Of a stretch of DNA of 64,000 bases, positions 29,350-38,954 are shown piece after piece. Origin of the DNA: an uncultured Bacteroidales bacterium (GTDB lineage Bacteria > Bacteroidota > Bacteroidia > Bacteroidales > UBA7960); assembly GCA_964453995.1 (NCBI GenBank), contig CAYVQC010000010.1, forward strand, positions 21,509-85,508, written 5' to 3'. A program made the position numbers and the translations under genes. The notes beneath the pieces are model-generated. The model had not been told where the DNA came from. It searched no databases and saw only the letters and a program-made list of their open reading frames with translations. The number at the start of each line of letters is the position of its first letter. The stretch's first letter is position 1.

Positions 29350-32300
29350 ATGAAAAAGATCAAACTACTGTTGTTGATATTGTTTGCCTTTATGGCAACA
29401 ACAATTGCCAACAACAAAGATTCAGATCCCTCTATGGACTTCCGCTTTGCCAATGAGCAAGTGGTAGAGGAAGGGGGAACATACTACTTCATGTTCGATG
29501 TGCAGGTTAGGGCAAGTGTTGCAGGAACCTTCCACCGCGACATGCAGGTATATTTTGACTACAACCCCGCTGTATTTGGCAATAGTATAAAAGCCAATGA
29601 TAAGATCACAGTGGAAAAGATCGGTATTATGGCAGAGGAGTTTTCCGAAAACCCCAAATATATTTGGGTAAATGAAGGAACGCCCCAAGGCTATGGAACC
29701 GACAATACACCAACAAGGTATTACATTACCAGCGAAAGTTCTTTTTCAACCTTCGCTGCTGATGAGATGTTCCACACTGAAGTACCCACTGACTGGGCCG
29801 GCTATATGCGCGCCAAAATTGAAATAACAAACTTTGGACATCCTGCCGGAATCCAGCTAATCGGTAGTATTGGAAATACTACTTTTATGGATGGTGGACA
29901 ATATTACCAGTCAGAAACTGCCCAACCCGTAGTATATGCCACTCCTTATGGTTACATTAACAACCTGATGGAATATATAATAACCTCAGGAGAACCCGCC
30001 GAGTATACTCTGGTAGTAGATATTAATGGCAATGGCGGAGTTCTAGTAGATGGATTATCATATACTATTCCTCTTATCTTTGAAGAAGGCACTGTAGTAA
30101 ACCTGCAGGCCGTACCAGATTCCGATTGGGAGTTTACTGGCTGGACAGGCGACCTGACTTCAGCCAATGTCAATGAAACCATCACCATGGACGGTGACAA
30201 ATTCATTGAGGCAAACTTTACTGAAATACCTCCACAGATCTACCTTCTAACCCTGCTGGTCAATCCCGAAGGAGCCGGTGAAGTAACCGGCGCAGGGGAA
30301 TACGAAGAAGGTGAAATTGCCAGTGTAGATGCCGTAGCCAACGAAGGATGGGTTTTCGTAAACTGGACCGATACAGAAGACAATGTAATCTTTGAAATGC
30401 CCGCCAACGACATTCCAATGACCGAAGACCTTACCCTTGTGGCCAACTTCGTTGAAGAATTCATTCCTGAAACTTACACCCTTACCCTTATGGCAAATCC
30501 CGAAGGTGCGGGTGAAGTATTCGGTGCCGGTGAGTATGAAGAAGGTGAAATTGCCAGTGTGGATGCGGTGCCCAATGAAGGTTGGGTTTTCGTAAACTGG
30601 ACCGATACAGAAGACAACATAATTTCTGAAATGCCCGCCAACGACATCCCCATGACCGCCGATCTTACCCTGATCGCCAATTTTGAGGAAATTCCACCGC
30701 CGGTTTACACCCTCACCTTACTGGTCAATCCCGAAGGAGCCGGTGAAGTAACCGGCGCAGGGGAATACGAAGAAGGTGAAATTGCCAGTGTAGATGCCGT
30801 AGCCAACGAAGGATGGGTTTTCGTAAACTGGACCGATACAGAAGACAATGTAATCTTTGAAATGCCCGCCAACGACATTCCAATGACCGAAGACCTTACC
30901 CTTGTGGCCAACTTCGTTGAAGAATTCATTCCTGAAACTTACACCCTTACCCTTATGGCAAATCCCGAAGGTGCGGGTGAAGTATTCGGTGCCGGTGAGT
31001 ATGAAGAAGGTGAAATTGCCAGTGTGGATGCGGTGCCCAATGAAGGTTGGGTTTTCGTAAACTGGACCGATACAGAAGACAACATAATTTCTGAAATGCC
31101 CGCCAACGACATCCCCATGACCGCCGATCTTACCCTGATCGCCAATTTTGAAGAAGAACCTGTAGAGGATGAGCTTATGGTTACCATCGATGTAACCGGT
31201 GTTACCTGTCCGGGTTTTGACGACGGTAGTATTTTCGTAAGCGTTACCGGGGGAGAAAAACCTTACAACATTTGCCTTTCATACGGATGTGATACCAAGG
31301 GTGATTTTGACAAAACACAAACTGCCGATTATGGTGGCTTAATAGCAGGCTACTATCAGATCACTATAGTTGATAACAACGGGCTTACCTACGAAGAATG
31401 CGTCCTGGTTCCCGAGCCCGATCCAATTATGGTGGATATTGACCTTAATGTTCCCGAATGCTATGCAGAAGAAATGACAGCTACCGCAACTTATACCATC
31501 ACTGGCGGTACACCACCCTACACATTTGATGGTGAACCCGTTGATGGAAATACTGTGATGGTAGTTTATGACACCGAGGGAACCTTCAGTCATGTGGTGG
31601 AAGATGCCAATGAGTGCGGACCTGTTGGCTTTGAAGTAACCATTTTATTCCCCACAGCCATTGAAGCATATGTGGAATATGATCCCATTCTTTGTTTTGG
31701 CGAAACAACTCTGGTTGATGTGGTTGCCATGGGCGGAACGGGAGTCCTTTCTCTTTATGATGTCGTGGAAGGTTCACTGGAGTTTGTCTCTGAACTACCC
31801 CTGGCAGAACCCCTTGCATTGGGTGCCGGTGAATACAGTTGGGTAGTGATGGATGAAAACGGGTGTGAATTTGCCCTTGAATTTGAAATTGTTCAGCCGG
31901 AAGAACTTCTAGCTGAAGTAATTTACGAACCCATCGCCTGCTATGGTGGTACAACTGAAGTCGATGTAGAAGCCATGGGTGGAACTGGTACCTTATCATT
32001 GTACGATCTTGTAGACGATGAACTTGTGTTTGTTTCTGAACTTCCGCTTGAAGATCCTCTGGTACTGGGTGCCGCTACCTACATGTGGGTAATTATGGAT
32101 GAAAACGAATGCCAGGTGTCCCTTGAATTCACCCTCTCTCAACCCGACCTGCTGGAGGCAGTAATTATCGAAGCTGTTGATCCAACATGCTTTGAGGGTA
32201 CTGACGGATATGTAGTCATTGAAATATCTGGTGGCACACCACCTTACATCCCTGACTTTGGCGAACTCGATGGCAATATGCTCACCCTCAGCAATCTTAG

Positions 32301-34431
32301 TGCTGGCCCCGGAAGTGTTTCTATCACTGATTCCAAGAATTGCGGACCTGCTGTAGTAGAATTTGAACTCGGTCAACCCGAACCTGTCGTGGTTAACCTC
32401 GAGGAAGTAGTTGACGTTCTTTGCTATGGCGATGCAAGCGGTGTAATAGAAGTATCAGCATCCGGAGGAACCGGTGTTGTGATGTTCTCTATCGATGGAG
32501 AAGTATACCAGGAAAGCGGCCTGTTTGAAGGTCTGTTTGCCGGTGAATATACCATTTATGCCATGGATGAGAATGGCTGCATGGGTATGTTCGAAGGAAT
32601 AGTAGTTGCCCAACCCGAAGAACTCCTGGTTGACCTTACCATAACAGATGTAAGCTGCCTTGGCGCGGATGACGGAGAAATCATGGGATGGATAACCGGA
32701 GGTGTTGGGCCCTACGATGTGTGCTTGCTTACTGGCTGTGATGAAATTCCTGACAAACAGGATTTCGATCCTGCAAAAGGACAAGGCTTCCTGCACTGGG
32801 ATCTGGTTCCCGGCGAGTATATGGTAGTTGTAACAGACCAGAATGGTTGCCAGTGGATGGAATGCGTTACCATTGAAGAGCCTGAAGAGCTCACAGCCGA
32901 TTATATTGATCTCAATAATGTCCTCTGTAATGGAGACAGCAGTGGATCAGTAACCATTGTGGCAGAAGGTGGTACCATGCCCTACACTCTAACATGGGAA
33001 GGTATGGAAGAATTTGAAATTGAAGGCAATAGCTATACCATTGCCGATCTGCCCGCAGGTATTTATACAATCTACGTTGATGATGCCAACAATTGCGGTC
33101 CTGTTGCCGTAGAATGCGAAATCACCCAACCTGAGTTCGCTCTTGAATTCGAAGAGATCGAATATGGAAATGTTAGCTGTAATGGAGGTAATGATGGTTT
33201 CATCAACATCTACTATTTTGGCGGAACTGGGGAAGGACATGTTGAGGGCGACCTGCCTGATTTCTTCTCACCCAACCTGCCGGCCGGTTTTTATGAGTTC
33301 TTTGTTATTGATGAAAACGGATGTGAACTCTATGGTGATGTTACCATTACAGAACCTGAAGAGCTAACGGTTTCTATCGAGGTAGAAGATTTGGTTTGTG
33401 AAGGTGATGGAGAGGAAGTATTTGCCTCCGATTGGGTATGGTACCGCCAGGATCTTACCAATGCAGGCAATCTTCCCAATGCTGAGCGCAGCGATCCCGA
33501 ACAAATCATCGGTGAACCCGTCTTTGGTGACGTTGAAGGTACTTTCTTCTCTCTAGGGTTTGGCGGAGAAATGATTGCCAAATTTGACATGCCGGTCGCC
33601 AATGGAGAAGGAAATGACCTGATGATCGTTGAAACGACCTTTGGAGACCAAACCTGCGATTCCTATCCGGAAAAGGTTGATGTTTGGGTTGCACAATACA
33701 TCAACGAAGACCTCTATACTCCCATCCAGGGTGAAATTGACGTACTGGGTCTTGGTGATGAATGGGTCTACCTGGGCCAGGGATGCCTCGACGCTGAGTT
33801 TGACTTTGGAGATCTGCCATGGGTACAGTATGTATACATGAAAGATGTAAGCGATCCGGATGATTTCTCCAATTCTCAGATAAGCGATGGTTATGACATC
33901 AATGGACTAATTGGTCTCAATGGAAGCCTTGTAGTTTCAGGAAACCTGGTCGCCTATGCCGATGGTGGTACTCCTGAATACTATTTTGAATGGAACACCG
34001 GCGATGTTGGCAATATGCTGGCCATCAATGCCTGTGGCACTTACAGCGTGCTGGTGGTCGACTTTAACGGATGTTTCATTGAAACAGAAGTAGAAATTGT
34101 TTGTGGTGAATACGAGGGCGATTTGGATGATGCTAAGCTTATTTCTGAAGAGCTTGTTGGCAGTAAAGACATCCTCAATGCCAATGTATTCCCCAACCCC
34201 TTCTCCAATGAAGCAACCATAGAGTTCACCCTTACCAGGAATGCTCCCGTAACCGTTCAACTCTACAACCTTGCAGGTGAAAGGGTAAGTGTACTGTTTG
34301 AGGGTAATGTAGAAGCTCATGAACTGAAGCAGGTAAAAGTTCAGGGTGAATACCTCAGCAGTGGTGTTTATTTCTATCACATCAATACAGGAAATGAAGT
34401 TCTTATTAATAAATTCGTAGTGGTTAAATAG
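29350..34431 (+). CDS. Giant T9SS cargo protein: cohesin-like N-terminus, five InlB-B-like repeats, SprB repeats, inserted beta-sandwich, type A CTD
   Basis: Signal peptide; NPEGAGEV.GAGEYEEG repeats; C..D..G.....GGT.PY SprB repeats; CTD VFPNPF...LYNLAG...LSSGVYFY...KFVVVK. Confidence 0.88.
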   Translation: MKKIKLLLLILFAFMATTIANNKDSDPSMDFRFANEQVVEEGGTYYFMFDVQVRASVAGTFHRDMQVYFDYNPAVFGNSIKANDKITVEKIGIMAEEFSENPKYIWVNEGTPQGYGTDNTPTRYYITSESSFSTFAADEMFHTEVPTDWAGYMRAKIEITNFGHPAGIQLIGSIGNTTFMDGGQYYQSETAQPVVYATPYGYINNLMEYIITSGEPAEYTLVVDINGNGGVLVDGLSYTIPLIFEEGTVVNLQAVPDSDWEFTGWTGDLTSANVNETITMDGDKFIEANFTEIPPQIYLLTLLVNPEGAGEVTGAGEYEEGEIASVDAVANEGWVFVNWTDTEDNVIFEMPANDIPMTEDLTLVANFVEEFIPETYTLTLMANPEGAGEVFGAGEYEEGEIASVDAVPNEGWVFVNWTDTEDNIISEMPANDIPMTADLTLIANFEEIPPPVYTLTLLVNPEGAGEVTGAGEYEEGEIASVDAVANEGWVFVNWTDTEDNVIFEMPANDIPMTEDLTLVANFVEEFIPETYTLTLMANPEGAGEVFGAGEYEEGEIASVDAVPNEGWVFVNWTDTEDNIISEMPANDIPMTADLTLIANFEEEPVEDELMVTIDVTGVTCPGFDDGSIFVSVTGGEKPYNICLSYGCDTKGDFDKTQTADYGGLIAGYYQITIVDNNGLTYEECVLVPEPDPIMVDIDLNVPECYAEEMTATATYTITGGTPPYTFDGEPVDGNTVMVVYDTEGTFSHVVEDANECGPVGFEVTILFPTAIEAYVEYDPILCFGETTLVDVVAMGGTGVLSLYDVVEGSLEFVSELPLAEPLALGAGEYSWVVMDENGCEFALEFEIVQPEELLAEVIYEPIACYGGTTEVDVEAMGGTGTLSLYDLVDDELVFVSELPLEDPLVLGAATYMWVIMDENECQVSLEFTLSQPDLLEAVIIEAVDPTCFEGTDGYVVIEISGGTPPYIPDFGELDGNMLTLSNLSAGPGSVSITDSKNCGPAVVEFELGQPEPVVVNLEEVVDVLCYGDASGVIEVSASGGTGVVMFSIDGEVYQESGLFEGLFAGEYTIYAMDENGCMGMFEGIVVAQPEELLVDLTITDVSCLGADDGEIMGWITGGVGPYDVCLLTGCDEIPDKQDFDPAKGQGFLHWDLVPGEYMVVVTDQNGCQWMECVTIEEPEELTADYIDLNNVLCNGDSSGSVTIVAEGGTMPYTLTWEGMEEFEIEGNSYTIADLPAGIYTIYVDDANNCGPVAVECEITQPEFALEFEEIEYGNVSCNGGNDGFINIYYFGGTGEGHVEGDLPDFFSPNLPAGFYEFFVIDENGCELYGDVTITEPEELTVSIEVEDLVCEGDGEEVFASDWVWYRQDLTNAGNLPNAERSDPEQIIGEPVFGDVEGTFFSLGFGGEMIAKFDMPVANGEGNDLMIVETTFGDQTCDSYPEKVDVWVAQYINEDLYTPIQGEIDVLGLGDEWVYLGQGCLDAEFDFGDLPWVQYVYMKDVSDPDDFSNSQISDGYDINGLIGLNGSLVVSGNLVAYADGGTPEYYFEWNTGDVGNMLAINACGTYSVLVVDFNGCFIETEVEIVCGEYEGDLDDAKLISEELVGSKDILNANVFPNPFSNEATIEFTLTRNAPVTVQLYNLAGERVSVLFEGNVEAHELKQVKVQGEYLSSGVYFYHINTGNEVLINKFVVVK
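30256..31151 (+). repeat. Apparently identical 431-bp direct repeat (30256-30686 and 30721-31151, period 465 bp)
   Basis: Compared by eye with no mismatch found; each copy encodes two InlB-B-like units. Confidence 0.9.
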
Positions 34432-34451
34432 AAGATCATTTTACTGGTTTT

Positions 34452-34483
34452 CAAAAGGCGTCCCCTGCAGGGGGCGCCTTTTG
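34452..34483 (+). terminator. Intrinsic terminator
   Basis: CAAAAGGCGTCCCC-TGCA-GGGGGCGCCTTTTG. Confidence 0.85.
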
Positions 34484-34526
34484 TATGTTACCTCCCTGCG
34501 GATTATTTTTGTATAAAATAAAAAAT

Positions 34527-34557
34527 TTTGACATCACGTTTTCTGTTGATACATTTG
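34527..34557 (+). promoter_or_regulatory. Canonical Bacteroidota -33/-7 promoter
   Basis: TTTG-N19-TACATTTG. Confidence 0.75.
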
Positions 34558-34602
34558 CACGTGAAATCTTCTACATTGTAAAGAATTAAACCAATAATAG
34601 TA

Positions 34603-34977
34603 ATGGAAATACAGGGCCGACTCATTGAAATACTGGAACCCAAAACGGGTCAATCATCAAGAGGAAGTTGGAAAAAGCAGGAGTTCATTATAGAAACCGA
34701 CGAATCTTTTCCCAAAAAAATTTGCATAGCCAACTGGAACGACAAAGCAGACCTCTCCAATCTGAGGCCTGGAGATAATGTAACAGCATCTGTTAATATC
34801 GAAAGTCGTGAGTACAATGGAAATTGGTATACCGATATAAAAGTATGGAAGCTGGAAGTCGCAAATTCTTCAGCCTCCAAACAAGACCAGGAATTGCCCG
34901 GCCTGCCCGGTGGCGATGCCCCACCCCCACCATGGGAATCTGATCCCGGTGAACCTGAACAGGATCTCCCCTTTTAA
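34603..34977 (+). CDS. DUF3127 family protein (OB-fold, SSB-like acidic DLPF tail)
   Basis: MEIQGRL, WKKQEFIIET, ESREYNGNWYT, C-terminal QDLPF. Confidence 0.85.
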   Translation: MEIQGRLIEILEPKTGQSSRGSWKKQEFIIETDESFPKKICIANWNDKADLSNLRPGDNVTASVNIESREYNGNWYTDIKVWKLEVANSSASKQDQELPGLPGGDAPPPPWESDPGEPEQDLPF

Positions 34978-35154
34978 GAACATTGGAAAAACATAGGACA
35001 CCTTCCATTGTGTACTCCCGGTTTTAGTAAGGTGAAATATATTGAGAATACCAGATAATCTGATCCTTACATTACATGAAAATATGATAGATTTTGATTA
35101 ACTTTAGGTCTGAGGACCCCATCTGGTAAATAATCAATTAGTTCACTTAATCCT

Positions 35155-36942
35155 ATGGCTATGAAAAACAAAAATACATTACAACCCGGCTCAAGCCTTT
35201 CAAAACACAAGGCATATGCACTGCTTTTTTTCTTCTTCATGTGGCTGGGCAACCCCACTTTATTTTCTACAAACAACCAAACCCAATGGCAGCCGGGTAC
35301 CATTATCATCAAATTCCAGGAAAACTCACAAGTATTTGCAGACCTCAAAAATCATTTGGTCTCAGAACAGGAACCGGTATTCTCTCCAAACCATAATAAT
35401 GTGGCTGCTTTCCAAAAATCATTTGAAACAAGAAATGGTTTATTCCTCCGTGCTGCCTATGATTTTTTCATGAGCAATCCCCTGCTCAGCATTGAACCCC
35501 TTATCATTTCAAAATTAAACGCCCAAACAAAGCAAGGTCTGGAACGGATTTTTCTGATAAAAATAAAATACGCCTCCTCGGTTGCTGAAGTTGCGTATGA
35601 GTTGGGAAAAATGGATGGTATTGAATACGCAGAACCAGACTATACGGGCTATGGGGGAGGTAAACCTTCGTTCGCCGAAGATTTTTACCAGGTTTATACG
35701 CCCACAATGACACCGCCGGTAAATGACGCCAACTTCCATTTTCAGTATGGCTTACTCAATACAGGTCAATTTATTGGAGGGATAGCGGGTATTCCGGGTG
35801 CAGATATCAATATTGTTCCCGGCTGGGATATTACCACAGGCAGTACTGAAGTTATCCTGGGAATCCTGGATTCAGGAATGCCTTCTGATCATTTTGATTT
35901 TGAAGGTAGGGTAACAGCTGGTTACAACTTTGTTTCCGACAACAACGATTACCTTGATGACCATGGTCACGGGAGCAGTGTTACCAGCATTGCCGCTGCA
36001 ACAGGTAACAATTCGGGTTTAATGGCCGGCACTGATTGGAACAGCCAGATTTTGCCGGTAAAAATTCTTAATGAGGACAATTCGGGTTATTATTCCTGGT
36101 GGATCAATGGGATTACTTATGCCACCGACCAGGGAGCCCATGTAGTCAACATGAGTGTGGGGGGGTCTTCATACAGCAGTGCTTTGCACGATGCTATCAA
36201 TTATGCCCTTTCCAATGATGTAATCGTGGTAGCGTGCATGATGAACGAAAACAATGATGTTACCTATTACCCTGCAGGTTTCGAAGGGGTAATTGCCGTT
36301 GGAGCCACCAACAATACTGATGAGAGAGCTGAGCCCTTTTCTTGGGGCGGAGGTAGTAATTATGGCAACCATATCGATTTTGCCGCTCCCGGCGACCGTA
36401 TTGCAAGCCTTGGAGGATCAGATTTTCAAAGCATCGCATACTGGAGCGGAACTTCTATGGCAACACCATTTGTTGCAGGTACCATCTCACTCATGTTAAG
36501 CATTGATCCTGTGCTCACCAGCGAGCCGGCATACGATATTCTTAAAGAAACTACACGCCCGCAGGTGGTAGGCAAAACAACAGACGAAGAAGAGTGGAAC
36601 CAATTTACTGGCTGGGGAAGAATTGATGCTTTTGCAGCCCTGCAGCTCACCCTGGCAGGTACAACACCCTCTTCAAACGAGCATATTCTTCGTCCTAATA
36701 ACCAACAGGTGAAACTATTTCCCAATCCTGCTTCCAACATGCTTCAAATTGAGGTATCTCAAAATATAACATCTTTGCAAATTATAGATTTCTCAGGAAA
36801 AACGCTTTATCAATCAGAACCATTTGCAGGGCAACAACAGATATCAATGGATGTTTCCACCCTGAAAGAAGGAATTTATCTGGTTCGCTTCATGGGGCAC
36901 AACCAGAATATTACTCAAAAACTCATTATCAAAAAACCATAG
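35155..36942 (+). CDS. S8 subtilisin-like serine peptidase with T9SS type A CTD
   Basis: Triad ILDSG / DDHGHGS / GTSMATP; prodomain YAEPDY; CTD LFPNPA...GIYLV...QKLIIK. Confidence 0.9.
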   Translation: MAMKNKNTLQPGSSLSKHKAYALLFFFFMWLGNPTLFSTNNQTQWQPGTIIIKFQENSQVFADLKNHLVSEQEPVFSPNHNNVAAFQKSFETRNGLFLRAAYDFFMSNPLLSIEPLIISKLNAQTKQGLERIFLIKIKYASSVAEVAYELGKMDGIEYAEPDYTGYGGGKPSFAEDFYQVYTPTMTPPVNDANFHFQYGLLNTGQFIGGIAGIPGADINIVPGWDITTGSTEVILGILDSGMPSDHFDFEGRVTAGYNFVSDNNDYLDDHGHGSSVTSIAAATGNNSGLMAGTDWNSQILPVKILNEDNSGYYSWWINGITYATDQGAHVVNMSVGGSSYSSALHDAINYALSNDVIVVACMMNENNDVTYYPAGFEGVIAVGATNNTDERAEPFSWGGGSNYGNHIDFAAPGDRIASLGGSDFQSIAYWSGTSMATPFVAGTISLMLSIDPVLTSEPAYDILKETTRPQVVGKTTDEEEWNQFTGWGRIDAFAALQLTLAGTTPSSNEHILRPNNQQVKLFPNPASNMLQIEVSQNITSLQIIDFSGKTLYQSEPFAGQQQISMDVSTLKEGIYLVRFMGHNQNITQKLIIKKP

Positions 36943-36996
36943 TATCAAAAACACAATCAGCCAATTCTTTTATTCTCCACTTAAATCAATTTTGTG

Positions 36997-38883
36997 ATGA
37001 CTGATACAGAGATAAAGAAATTCCTGAAAAAGGTTGAACTTTTCAGGGATTTAGAAGAAAATGAACTCAATATTATTGCTAAGGAAATCCAGGTAAAGGA
37101 ATTCACTCCACGGGCATATCTTTTCCAGGAAAACAGCCCGGCCAACAAGTTCCTGTATATTATTTACGAAGGTGAAGTTGAGCTTTTCAAGAAAACACCT
37201 TTCGGGGAAGAAAAAAGGCTTACCTTTTTTGGCACCTTTGACTTTTTAGGAGAGGGAACGATCATGGCTGATACACCCCACTCAACCAATGCCAGGGCAT
37301 TAAAAAAAACCAAAGTGCTGTGTATCTCCAAAAAAGGATTTACACATCTTTTTGACACACAGACCTCCATCGCGCTGAAAATTTTCAAGCAGATATCTAA
37401 AGTGATATCACGGCGCATGCGTCAGAGCAATTCCAAGGTGGTTAATGTAGGTGCCCAATACGAGTCGGGCCGCACACGCAAAGAACACGACCTTTTAGGA
37501 TACCGCGATGTTCCTGCCGAAGTATACTATGGCATACAAACCATGAGAGGTATTGAGAATTTTACCATCAGTGGAGTAACACTAAATTTCTTTCCCGAAC
37601 TGATCATCAGTCTTGCCATGGTAAAAATGGCTTCTGCAAGGGCCAACCATGACCTTGGTTTATTGCCAGAAGATGTTTCCAATGCCATTGACAGAGCCTG
37701 CCATGAGATCATTAATGGGAAATTCCACCATCATTTTGTTATTGACATGATACAGGGTGGAGCAGGAACCTCTACCAATATGAATGCCAATGAGGTAATT
37801 GCCAACCGGGCTCTTGAACTCCTGGGCCACGAAAAGGGTGAGTACAAATACTGCCACCCCAACAACCACATAAACATGTCTCAATCAACCAATGATGCAT
37901 ATCCTACAGCGGTAAAAATAGCACTTATTGCCAGCAACGAAAAGCTCGTTGAGGTGCTGCAAATACTTATTGCCGGATTTAAGGAAAAGGAAAAGGAATT
38001 CAACCATATCCTTAAGATGGGCCGCACCCAGCTGCAGGATGCTGTTCCCATGACGCTGGGCCAATCCTTTGGAGCCTATGCCACAACCCTTGAAGAAGAA
38101 GTAGAACGGCTTTACCAAAATGCCAACCTGCTCAAAGAAGTAAACATGGGTGGCACTGCCATCGGAACAGGTATCAACGCAGACCCTGATTACAGCGATA
38201 AGGTTATCCGTCATTTACAAACCATAACAGGTTATGATATCAGGCTTGCTTCCAACCTTGTAGAAGCCACACAGGACACCGGTGCTTTTGTAATGTACTC
38301 GGCCACTGTAAAGAGGCTTGCCGTAAAACTATCCAAGATCTGTAATGACTTGCGTTTAATGTCTTCAGGCCCACGAGCAGGACTCAATGAAATCAATCTG
38401 CCCCCCATGCAACCAGGCTCTTCCATCATGCCAGGAAAGGTAAATCCGGTTATTCCCGAAGTGGTAAACCAGATTGCCTTTAAAGTAATTGGCAATGACC
38501 TGACGGTAACGCTTGCTGCCGAGGCAGGACAACTGGAACTCAATGTAATGGAACCCATCATAGTACAGAGCCTTTTTGAATCGATAGAGATGCTGAAAAA
38601 TGGTATGACAACGTTATTGCATCGCTGTGTTTCAGGTATTACGGCTAATGAAGAACACTGCAGGCAAACCGTAATGCATTCTATCGGCCTGGTTACAGCC
38701 CTTAATCCTGTTTTGGGTTACGAAGTCTGTACGATGCTTGCCAAGGAAGCCATGGCAAGCAATAAAGGAGTATACGAGCTTGTGCTGGAAAAAGGATTAA
38801 TGTCGAAGGAAGAGCTTGATGAGGTGCTCAAACCGGAGAATATGATTTCGCCCAAAAGGCTGGCGGGTTTAAGAATAAAATAG
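36997..38883 (+). CDS. aspA: Aspartate ammonia-lyase with an N-terminal cNMP-binding-type domain
   Basis: N-terminal LKKVELF.DL, LYIIYEGEVEL, FLGE; aspartase motifs YYGIQT, QGGAGTSTNMN, KMGRTQLQDAVP, GSSIMPGKVNP. Confidence 0.9.
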   Translation: MTDTEIKKFLKKVELFRDLEENELNIIAKEIQVKEFTPRAYLFQENSPANKFLYIIYEGEVELFKKTPFGEEKRLTFFGTFDFLGEGTIMADTPHSTNARALKKTKVLCISKKGFTHLFDTQTSIALKIFKQISKVISRRMRQSNSKVVNVGAQYESGRTRKEHDLLGYRDVPAEVYYGIQTMRGIENFTISGVTLNFFPELIISLAMVKMASARANHDLGLLPEDVSNAIDRACHEIINGKFHHHFVIDMIQGGAGTSTNMNANEVIANRALELLGHEKGEYKYCHPNNHINMSQSTNDAYPTAVKIALIASNEKLVEVLQILIAGFKEKEKEFNHILKMGRTQLQDAVPMTLGQSFGAYATTLEEEVERLYQNANLLKEVNMGGTAIGTGINADPDYSDKVIRHLQTITGYDIRLASNLVEATQDTGAFVMYSATVKRLAVKLSKICNDLRLMSSGPRAGLNEINLPPMQPGSSIMPGKVNPVIPEVVNQIAFKVIGNDLTVTLAAEAGQLELNVMEPIIVQSLFESIEMLKNGMTTLLHRCVSGITANEEHCRQTVMHSIGLVTALNPVLGYEVCTMLAKEAMASNKGVYELVLEKGLMSKEELDEVLKPENMISPKRLAGLRIK

Positions 38884-38915
38884 ATATCTGTAAGCCAATA
38901 CTTTATCTTCGAAAG

Positions 38916-38954
38916 AACCAAAGAGCCGGCTTGTTTGTTGTCGGCTTTTTGGTT
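38916..38954. terminator. Bidirectional terminator between convergent aspA and the EamA gene
   Basis: AACCAAAGAGCCGGC...GTCGGCTTTTTGGTT. Confidence 0.7.

Noticed and set aside
30240..31187. Repeated antisense ORFs or a CRISPR-like array
   Set aside because: They are shadows of the in-frame coding repeats, with no repeat-spacer structure and no cas genes.
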